Below, in pieces: positions 1 to 9,607 of a stretch of DNA of 64,000 nt (within the stretch, counting starts at the first letter, position 1; each line of letters opens with the position of its first letter). Below the pieces are notes generated by a model. That model was not told the DNA's origin and searched no databases. It was given only the letters and a program-made list of their open reading frames with translations. A program made the translations under genes and the position numbers. Source of the stretch: Mobula hypostoma (Eukaryota); assembly GCF_963921235.1 (NCBI RefSeq), contig NC_086097.1, positions 155,994,001 through 156,058,000 of the forward strand. Reading direction: 5' to 3'.

Positions 1-530
1 TGTTTCCTGCAGTTGCCTGTTATCTCTCTGCAGATTTGCTCTTCCAATTCTCGTTGACTATTGGGTGGTCTGTAATACAATCCCACTAATGTGGCCATAC
101 CTTTCCTGTTTCTCAGCTCCACCCATAAGGACTCAGTAGACAAGCCCTCTAATCTGTCCTGCCTGAGCACTGCTGTACTATTTTCTCTAACAAGCAATGC
201 TACTCCCCCATCTTTCATTCCTCTGCCTCGATCACATCTGAAACATCGGAACCCTGGGATATTAAGCTGCCAGTCCTGCCCCTCCTGTAGCCAAGTTTCA
301 CTAATTGCTATAACGTCATAATTCCACGTGTCAATCCACGCCCTCAACTCATCCGCCTTCCCCGCAATACTCCTAGCATTGAAATATATACACCTCAGAA
401 GATTTTTACCACCATTCACAACCTTTCTATTAGCGGATTTGCTTGAACTTTTAACATCATTTATTTTCACCTCAGCCACACTGTCAGCTCTGGCACTCTT
501 GTCCCCATCCTCCTGCAAATCTAGTTTAAA
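1..530 (-). CDS. CR1 ORF2 N-terminus (APE endonuclease), -1 frame relative to ORF1, no AUG before the catalytic motifs; truncated by window edge
   Basis: Manual translation FKLDLQEDGDKS...LRCIYFNARSI...DVIAISETW...GLYYRPP, with no stop down to base 1. Confidence 0.85.
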
Positions 531-1456
531 GCCTCCTCAATAGCACTAACAAACCTCTCTGAAAGGATATTGGTCCCCCTGTAGTTCAAGTGTAACCCGT
601 CTCTCTTGTACAGGTCCCACCTACCCCAGAAGAGGTCCCAATGATCCTGAAATCTGAAACCCTGCCCCCTACACCTGTTCCTCAGCCACTTGTTCATCCT
701 CCAGAGCATCCTATCCCTACCCTCACTGGCACGTAGCACAGGTAGCAATCCTGAGATTACCACCCTTGAGGTCCTGCTTTTCAACTTCCTACCAAGCTCT
801 CTATACTCACTTTCCAGGACCTCCTCACTCTTTCTTGCTATGTCATTGGTACCGATGTGCACCATGACATCTGGCTGATCACCCTCCCACTTCAGAATGT
901 CATGCAAGTGATCAAAGACATCCTCGACCCTGGCACCCGGGAGACAACAAACCATCCTGGATTCTCTGTCACGACCACAGAACCTCCTATCTGCACCTCT
1001 AACTATCGAGTCCTCTATCACTACCGCTCTCCTCTTTCTACCCCCTCCCTTCTGCACTGCAGAGCCAGACTCAGTGCCAGAGATCCAGCTACTGCAGTTA
1101 GTCCCAGGTAAGTCATCCCCCACAACAGTATCCAATGCAGTATACTTGTTGTTGAGGGGAATGGCCACAGGGGAACCCTGCTCTGCCTGCCCTTTCCTCT
1201 TCCCTCGCCTGACAGTGACCCAATTTCCTGTCCTCTGCTCCTTTGGCGTAACTACCTCCCTGTAGCTACGACCTATAATCTCCTCATTCTCCCGAATGAT
1301 CCGCAGGTCATCCAGCTCCTGCTCCAGTTCCCTAACGCGGTTTGTCAGGAGCTGCAGCTGGATGCACTTCTTGCAGGTGTCGTTGTCAGGGACACCGGAG
1401 GGCTCCCTGACTTCCCACGTCCTGCAAGAGGAGCATTCCAACATCCTGCCTGACAT
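521..1456 (-). CDS. CR1 ORF1p: CxxC...CxxC zinc finger, coiled coil/leucine zipper, SGNH/GDSL esterase-like domain
   Basis: CSSC...CKKC, LQLLTNRVRELEQELDDL, and esterase blocks EDS (GDS-like), PGA, GTND, DGLH. Likely start is MSGRML at 1456 (track ORF starts at 1483). Confidence 0.88.
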   Translation of the reverse strand: MSGRMLECSSCRTWEVREPSGVPDNDTCKKCIQLQLLTNRVRELEQELDDLRIIRENEEIIGRSYREVVTPKEQRTGNWVTVRRGKRKGQAEQGSPVAIPLNNKYTALDTVVGDDLPGTNCSSWISGTESGSAVQKGGGRKRRAVVIEDSIVRGADRRFCGRDRESRMVCCLPGARVEDVFDHLHDILKWEGDQPDVMVHIGTNDIARKSEEVLESEYRELGRKLKSRTSRVVISGLLPVLRASEGRDRMLWRMNKWLRNRCRGQGFRFQDHWDLFWGRWDLYKRDGLHLNYRGTNILSERFVSAIEEALN

Positions 1457-1557
1457 TCTCTCTACTCTAAACAATCTGAACAAAAAACTTACCGGAACCT
1501 ACCCTGGCCTCTGCCTGTTCTCGCCGAAGCCTGTTGAACCAAAGCCGTCCCACTCTG

Positions 1558-2105
1558 ATGAAAACAGACAGGATCTCCCAGTAGCCACCCACTTCAACTC
1601 TGCCTCCCACTCCCATTCAGATATGTCCATACATGGCCTCCTCTACTGCCATGATGAGGCTAAACTCAGATTGGAGAAGAAACACCTCATATACCATCTA
1701 GGTAGTCTCCAGCCCCTTGGTATGAACATAGAATTCTCCAACTTCCGGTAATTCCCTCCCCCTCCCTTCCCCTATCCCTATGTCACCCTGCCCCCTCCCC
1801 CAGTTGCCTATCACCTCCCTCATGGTTCCGCCTCCTTCTACTACCCATTGTGTTTTCCCCTATTCTTTCTTCACCTTTCCTTCCTATCACCTCCCTGCCT
1901 CCCCTTCCCCCACCCCTTTATCTTTCCCCTTACTGGTTTTTCACTTGGAACCTACCAGCCTTCTCCTTCCCACCCTTTCCCCACCTTCTATATAGGGCCT
2001 CTGCCTCTTCCCTCTACAGTCCTGACGAAGGGTTCTGGCCCGAAACGTTGACCGATCTTTTCCACGGATGCTGCCCGACCTGCTGAGTTCATCCAGCGTG
2101 TTGTG
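1558..2105 (+). mobile_element. Penelope-like element 3' end: GIY-YIG endonuclease C-terminus, pyrimidine-rich 3' UTR and pLTR
   Basis: PVATHFNSASHS...RLEKKHLIYHLGSLQPLGMNIEFSNF* ends at 1751; C/T-rich tract; hammerhead core at 2016-2054. Confidence 0.88.
2016..2054 (+). ncRNA. Minimal type I hammerhead ribozyme in Penelope pLTR
   Basis: cagtc-CTGACGA-agggttctggccc-GAAA-cgtt-gaccg: CUGANGA and GAAA core, GGG/CCC stem II, palindromic ACGU stem III, GUC/GAC stem I. Confidence 0.8.
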
Positions 2106-2444
2106 AGGAGTTGAGTGTTGTTGTGAAACTCAAACTAGATTTTAGTATGTACGTTACTCATAAGTAAATGTCACTTTATTAAATATTCCATCACTTTACT
2201 GAAGATTGGGGATAGTCTATTGGGGTGCTAATTAGGAAGATTGGACTTGATTTGCTGGTTGTGAATGGAGCATACCAAGGCCACTGCATTGTCAGGTGGA
2301 TCACCAGAGCTATAACTGTACTAGAAGATTTTGGTGAGAGTTCCAGTTTGTTCTGTGACACACCTTCTGCAGTACAGTTAGGATTTTGCCTGGTAACATT
2401 GCCTTTTCTGCATCCAGAGAGAAAACATAAAGCGTGCATGAAGT

Positions 2445-2800
2445 AGCAGCAGGAGCAGAGCAGTCGACACCACAAGTCTGCACTGCTGTTCAACAGGAAC
2501 GGAGCCCATCTTCTACCGCAGTAAGAGTTTTCTGCCCTATTCCCATATTCCTTGTTTTCTCCGATATACAAAAATCCATTAATGAGTGTTTTAAATATAA
2601 TCAATGATTGAATTTGCACAGCCCACCTGGGTAAAGAATTTTAAAGATTTATGACAAAAGTGAAGAAATTTCTTCATTTCAGTTGTGCCTAACCTACTGC
2701 TTATTTTGAGTCTACAACTCCTACCTCTACACCCTTCAGCTGGGGAAAGTATTCTCCTTGCATCCTCACTCTCAAGCCTTCTAAGTAATTTATTTGCCTC
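2445..2800 (-). mobile_element. Old degenerate CR1 3' fragment
   Basis: Resembles the reverse complement of better-preserved CR1 3' ends in the window, for example 22450-22785. Confidence 0.5.
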
Positions 2801-3809
2801 AGTAATTTTACAATATCATGTAGGATGAATTGAATTTGATTTAGATAGTCTTCTAAATCTTAGAATGCCAGAATGCCAGAAAGAAGCTGAAATGGATCAT
2901 CCACTTGACATTTCTGGATTAAGAGAGTTTAATTACCTTAATTTTGTCTTTAACTCTAATGTTTTGGGTCCTGACATTGTTCAGGATAGGAATATTCTTA
3001 AAGCCTCTCCATCAGTTTGCTATTTAATATTCACCTCCATTTACAGCTTGATGTGGCTAGACTGCATATACTTTGATTATGGAATCATTTAATTCTGCCC
3101 ATTGCAGGTTTTCTTTCTGCTCTTTAGCAGGCGTGCTGTTGTGTGTTGCAGCTTCACATCATTTTCAGTTATGTCTGGCTCTCCTCCTTGTACACCTGTT
3201 TTTATCCCTCACTGAACTAGCATTGCCCCCTCCCAACTCAATTGCAATGGAGAGTAAAGGATATAAAGTCACTTCTGCTGCTGCTGTTGGTACACCATTC
3301 TCCTGGTTACCCAGATTTGAAATGTCAGACCTGTTCTGAATGTATTCAATTTGGCATTTTTATCATGCACAGAAAAAAAAGATGAAGAATATCCTCAATG
3401 TGAAGTTGAGACTTAGTCTCTATATAGGTTATATCACAGATATATTATTTGCAACAGGTAGATTGATGGAATTAGGTTATGTAGCTTACCATGCATGTTC
3501 CTGTGCTCACTAACCATTGCAGACCCAGTCTTCGTTGCCAGGCCAACCTTATTGATAGACATTGAAGCCTCACATCAATAATTCATTCAATGCCCTTACT
3601 TCTTTCAGTGCTTCTTCCAAAGATTGCTTAACACAAAGGAGTTAGTCCATCAGTTGATGGAGGATGGTAGATGTTAATCAGGAGGATGTTCTCTTTTCTA
3701 CGTTTGATCTGCTGTCCAGGCAAAGGATTTAAAAATGAATCCCAGGAATCATGGTAAAATTAGTCAGCTTCATTATGTAGCTTTATTAGCCTTTGTAGTA
3801 TCCAAGACA

Positions 3810-4172
3810 TCCTCAGGGAGTGGTGCCTCAGAAAGGTGACCTCCATTTAGGACTCCCATAGCCCAGGACATGCTCTCTTCTCATTGCTACTATCAAGAAG
3901 GAGGTCAGAATCCTAAAGGCACACACTCAACGATTCAGGAAAAGCTTCTTCCCCTCTGCCATTCGATTCCTGAATGGACATTGAACTCATGAATACTACC
4001 TCACTATTTTAAAATTCCTTTTTGCACTATCTTTAATTTAACTATTTAATATACATATATACTTACTGTAATTGATTTACTTATTTTTTCCTATATTATC
4101 ATGTATTGCATTGTACTTCTGCTGCTAAGTTAACAAATTTCACAACATATGCAGGTGATATTAAACCTAATA
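3810..4172 (+). mobile_element. Rex1/Babar-like LINE 3' fragment
   Basis: Decayed C-terminus resembling HPGHALF..LPSGRRYRSL..RFRNSFFPSAIR, followed by an AT-rich 3' UTR; related to 14640-15234. Confidence 0.65.
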
Positions 4173-4964
4173 TCATGGCGAGAGGGTCTTAAAAATGTAA
4201 TGACTGAAGATCATAATGCACACTGCCTTCATTCACCAACAAATTCTCATCTGCAGTCCCCGGCTCCCTGCATCCATCCAATCTTTTTGTTGACGGTCAC
4301 TTTCTGAAATAAAAAGAAGCAATAAAAAATAATTTGCACTGACAGATCGGGAGGGGTTAAGAACTGTAATTCACCTTTGTAGTTCTGGGATTGAGGGGTA
4401 AAAATGTACCTGCATTTTTGTCATGTTTCCTGAAAATAATTAACAGGATTTTTGCAGCATTTTTGCCTTTTGGTTATTTTTTTGTCAACCACATGAGGTC
4501 CCTCCATGCCCAGAAGATTTCTCAGCTGTGTGGGTGGTAACGTTGTGGCAACACGCACTACAAACACCCACGTAAATGTTAAGAGTTGGCCACTGATGAC
4601 GCATCTCGCAAATCTCTTTCTTTCTTTCTTTCAGTGCCCATATATAACACCTCTCTCTGAATGCAGTGCACTGCCATAAAACAAGTGACATCTCCTCTGA
4701 ATAATTATAAAAAGGGAAATTCATGCACATATTTCTGCTTGTGCCTGTAGTTCAAACCTCAATATTTCTTTCTCGGTTTTAGAGGACCTGACTCAATCTG
4801 CATCATGGAACCATAAAGATCATTTAAAAAGAACAATTTATTCATCAGATGTATAGTCTGGTGACTGAGCTGTCAGAGGGATGTCTTTAAACTGGAAAAG
4901 GTACTGGAGAGATACAGAAAGATCTCATTAGGTTTGGGGAGTGTTTTATTATAAGACTCAATAG

Positions 4965-5312
4965 GCTTTCTCCCAGGGCTGAAATGGCTAACACAAGGGA
5001 GCATAGTTTTAAGGAGTTTGGAAGCAGTTACAAGGGGTATGTCAGAGATAAGTTTTTAACACAAAGAGTGGTGTGTATGTGGAATGCAGTATGTGGAATG
5101 CTGGCAACACTGCCAGCAACGGTGGTGGAGACGGATACAATAGGATCATTTAAGAGACTCCTAGATAGGTACACAGAGCTTAGAAAAATAGAGTGCTATG
5201 CAGTAGGGAAATTCTAGCCAGTTCTAGAGTAGGTTATATGTTCGGCACAACATTGTGGGCTGAAGGGCCTGTAATATGCTGTAGATTTCTAAGTTCTATG
5301 TTCTATGTTCTA
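4965..5312 (+). mobile_element. CR1 3' end with (TTCTATG)n tail
   Basis: TREHSFK..FLTQRVV..W..FKRLLD C-terminus; tail ttctatgttctatgttcta. Confidence 0.88.
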
Positions 5313-7560
5313 ATTCTGGATCCACAAAGCAAGGTCTCCTTGGATCCCATGCCTCCTTACTTTCTGAATGAGCCTTGCATGGGGAATCTTATCAAATGTC
5401 TTATTGAAATCCATGTGCACTACATCCATTGCTCTACCTTCATCAATGCTTTTTGTTACAGCCTCAAAGAATTCAATCAGACTCATAAAGCATGACCTGC
5501 CCTTGACAAAGCCATGCTGATTATCACTAATCAGATTACGTCTCTCCAAATACTCATAAATCCTGCCTCTCAGGATCTTCTCCAACAACCTGCCCACCAC
5601 TGAAGTAAGACTCACTGGTCTATAATTTCCTGTGTTATCTCTACTCTCTTTCAAGAAAACAACATTTGCAACCCTCCAATCCTCTGGTACTTCTTCCGTC
5701 CCTATTGATGATGCAAAGATAACCGCCAGAGACTCAGCAATCTCCTTCCCACAGTAACCTGGGGTATAACCCACCTGTTCCTGGTGACTTATTTAACTTA
5801 ATGCTTTTCAAAAGCTCCAACACATCATCTTTCTTAATGTCTGAATGATCTAGCACCTCAGTCCACTGTAAGTCATCCCTACAATTGCCAAGGTCTTTTT
5901 CCCGGTGAATACTGAAGCAAAGTATCCATTAAGTACCTCCGCCACCTCCTCTGACTCCATGTACATGTTTCCACTATCACACCTGATTGGTCCTATTCTC
6001 ACATGGCTCATCCTCTTGCTCTTCAGATACTTGTAGAATGCCTTGGGGTTTTCCCTAATACTGCTCGCCAAGGCCTTCTCATGGCCCCTGCTAGCTCTCC
6101 TAATTTCATTCTTAACCTCCTTCCTGGCAAACTCTATCAGTACCTAGTTTCTTGAGCTTTTCACAAGCTTTTTTTTCTTCTTAACTAGATTTACTGCAAC
6201 CTTTGTACACCATGGTTCTTTTACCCTACCATCCTTTTCCTGCCTCAATGGAACGTACCTATGCAGAACACCATGCACGTGTTCCCTGAACATTTGCCAC
6301 ATTTCTGCTGTGCACTTCCCTGAGAATATCTGTCCTCAATTTATGCTCCCAAGTTCCCACCTAACAGCATCATATTTCCCCCTACCCTAATTAAATGCGT
6401 TCCTAAATTGTCTGTTCCTTTCCATCTCCAGTGCTATGGTAAAGGGGATAGATTTGTTTCACTACCTCCAAAATGCTCTCCCACCAAGTGGTCTGACACC
6501 TGACCAGGTTCATTTCCCAATACCAGATCAAGTACAGCCTCTCCTCTAGTTAGCTTATCTACATATTGCATCAGGAAACCTTCTTAAACACACCTAACAA
6601 ACTCCACCCATCTAAATCCCTTGATCTAAGGAGATGCCAGTCAATATTAGGAAAATTAAAATCTCCTATCACTACAACCTTATTATTATTACACCATTCC
6701 CGAATCTGCCTCTCTATCTGATCCTTGCTGTCCCTGTTACTATTGGGGAATCTATAAAAAAACACCTAGTAGTGTTATTGCCCCCTTCCTGTTTCTGACT
6801 TCCACCCACACTGCCTCAGTAGATAATCCTTCCATGACCTCCTCCTTTTCTGCAGCTGTGACACTATCCGTAATTAGCAATGCCACGCCTCCACCTCTAT
6901 TGCCTCCCTCCTTGTCCTTTTTGAAACATCTAAATCCTGGCATGCTTAGCATGCTCTCCACTACCTGACACTCTCCCTTCCCTTTCCTAACAGTCACCCA
7001 ATTATCTGTCTGCTGTGGCCCCGGTGTGACTATCTACCTGTAGCTCCTATCAATCACCTCCTCCCTAACAAGCCAAAGGTCATCGAGCTGCAGCTCCAAT
7101 TCCCTAACTCGGTCTCTAAGGAGCTGTGGCTAAATGCACCTAGTGCAGATGTGGCCATCAGGAAGGCTGGAAGACCTCCTGGCATCCAACATCTGACAAC
7201 CAGAGCAGAAAAATGGCCTTGCAGTCATACCCACTATTCTTAAATTAGAGGAAAAAAGAGATATGAAAGTAACTTACTTCCTTACCTCGCCTTAGCCCAT
7301 CCTCGCCGAAGCCCCGATGAGCCTAAGCCCTACTACCCTGACTCATGCTCCTTTGAGAACTGCTCCACTAGACAGTGACTCCCTCTTATCCTGGAACTTT
7401 CACAGCAGCCTTGCACAATGACAAGATACTGTGTCTGTGCACTTTCCACAATCGAATCTCCCACTGAAAGAAACTCATCGCTTTTTAAATCTTCTCAGCG
7501 GCTTTGCGCGATGGTGAGCTACCACATCTGCACATTTCTCCCAATTGAATACTCCTGAAA
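5313..7560 (-). mobile_element. Decayed CR1: 5' UTR, internally deleted ORF1, APE and N-terminal RT; 3' end missing
   Basis: ORF fragments GNYRPVSLTSVVG, QHGFVKGRSC, GDFNFPNIDW, GGGVALLI; ORF1 remnant about 6960-7230; 5' UTR motif at 7302-7329. Confidence 0.88.
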
Positions 7561-8689
7561 TAGCTGAGTTGTTAATGATAGCCAAATAGCTTTGTGCACA
7601 TTATTCATTTTATCTCTTTATTTAAGATTTGTATAATTATTGGAATTTATATTTTTACATGTCCGTGGTGAGATTAAAACTTGGATCTCTGAACTGGTTG
7701 CTCAGGTCAAAGTAGTAGCCCAGAAAGGCAAACTAGAAAGTCTCCTATATGGATTGGACGAGCTGCATAAGGAACAACCCTACACATACTGTATTTAAAC
7801 CTTTGTTTCAAAGAAGAATAAATCATAAAGAATAACATTTGCTGAGCTGAGCAAGTTAACCGATTTTACTTAGATTTCCAACAAGAAAAGGACCTTTACT
7901 CGAATATTTTGTTGAGTTGATGTCCAGGACATCTACAAAGAAGTTCACTTCAATATTTTCATTTAAATTGTGTGAAATTAATCTTATATCCACCACTCAC
8001 AATCTTCAAGATTAATTTATACTTGTAAAAGTGCAGTTTAATGAAATATAAGGATCAGAAAGTCTAAAAATACACACGGTATTTAAAAAATGGTACTATG
8101 CCAATACATGTTACTTTGTGGTATTCCTTCCCTCAAGCATTCAAAAGCTACTACCTCACCTTTCCTTTGCAAGACTGGTTATGTGACTGTCCAGCTGCAG
8201 TGATTCTAACAGGAATGTCTACATAATTATGTAAACAGCTGCAAAGAAGATTTTGAAGTAAGTGGAGCTTGTGATGGTGTACTAATTTCAACAGAATTTC
8301 ATGATGGCAGAATTTTGAAATATGCTAAAAGGCTAATTATTTATTAACATACTATTATCAAGATAAATGAATGGAACACCCTCAAAGTTTGAGGTTCTAA
8401 AACTGAAATTGTTTCTCAGATAAATCTCCTGATAAGTAATATCTGAGCTTCATTTATTTTGAACATGACTTGATCATTCTATCTGAATGTCATGAGCCAT
8501 ATTTCATGTTCTTCATCGAATGAATAGTGATGCAGAAAACTATCCACGTTGACTGTGTAGGTTCTTAAGCAGAGTGGTTCTCTAATTCAGCACCTTATCT
8601 AATGGGGCAAAGACATCAAACACCTCTGGGAGCAGATTGAGAAACAGAGAGGCTATTCAGACTTAAGAATCCTCATTTAGTAATTCATA

Positions 8690-9080
8690 AGGACATAATA
8701 AAATAAGAACCGGAATAAGCCTCTTGGCCCCAAAATCCTGAACCACCATTAATCATCTCATCTCCTTTTTCAAAACTATATCCACCTCTTGTTTATTTGC
8801 TTCCAGTGATCTAGTCTTCAGTGCCCTTTGGGGCAGAGAATTCTAGACATTCACCACCCTTCACAAAAATTCCTATACTTCTCAATTTTAAAGGATTACC
8901 TGTTTACCTTGTAAATTTGCCTTCCCACCTGAGATGTTTCAACAATTAGAAATTTGTTGACGTTTACCCTGTCATGAACTGCCACCCCCAGGATCTGTAT
9001 GCTTAAGATCACACATTCACTTTTCTACACCGCAGGATGAAAATCTACTTTCTTTAGCCAGTCTTCCAAATCCCAATATT
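8690..9080 (-). mobile_element. Old CR1 3' fragment
   Basis: cataaggacataa tail (reverse complement) and CR1 3' UTR similarity. Confidence 0.55.
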
Positions 9081-9199
9081 GATAGAAATGGATATTTTGA
9101 CTGGTAGTCTCATGCTTTTTGGAGTCTTCGATAGGAAGCTGCAAGGACTATATTTTCCACAAGCAATGAAGTTCAGCTGGACTTTGGTACTTCATTTTA

Positions 9200-9590
9200 A
9201 TGCTTTGTTTAGCCAGTTACCTTATATCAGTTGTAGGAGAATAATTGGAGAAGATTGTTAGAAACAGCACTTAGTCATATTTAGAAGAAACATCTAAACA
9301 AGGACTTATGCTTTGGATTTTCTGTCTCACAAATTTAATTGAGTATGTTGAGGTCATGACCAAGATGGATGCTAGGGAGTGGAAAGGGTTAGCACAATAC
9401 ATATTGCCTGCATGGACTTGAGCAAAGATGTGAGAAGATCCCTTTTGGCAGGCTCATCCAGAAGATTAAGTCACATGGGATCCATAGTGAGTTAGCAAAT
9501 TAGTTCAAAAATGAGCTTCATCACAGAAGACAGTGGGTAATGATGGAGAGGTGCTTTACTGACTGGACTTCTGTGACTAGTGGCATTCTG
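9200..9590 (+). mobile_element. Old CR1 RT fragment
   Basis: Degenerate sequence resembling PVxLTSVVG, DxSKAFDK and WxxVTSG. Confidence 0.6.
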
Positions 9591-9607
9591 GAAGAAAAAT
9601 ACATGCA

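Larger units (their letters stand above)
1..1557 (-). mobile_element. CR1 LINE, 5' part (5' UTR, intact ORF1, start of ORF2); runs off the window start
   Basis: ORF1 521-1483 is followed by an APE endonuclease frame that stays open to base 1. The 5' UTR motif at 1520-1546 is shared with other CR1 copies here. Confidence 0.93.

Noticed and set aside
4781..4900. Possible plus-strand exon after ttctcggttttag
   Set aside because: Stops in all frames within a short distance, and it runs into CR1-derived sequence.
4965..5330. Twin-priming inversion at the plus/minus CR1 junction
   Set aside because: The inverted part lies on the tail side, which is the wrong geometry; an insertion with deletion of the host 3' end is more likely.
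8160..8218. Possible minus-strand exon (AG...AAG|GTGAGG)
   Set aside because: Good donor but weak acceptor, and no recognisable peptide in any frame.
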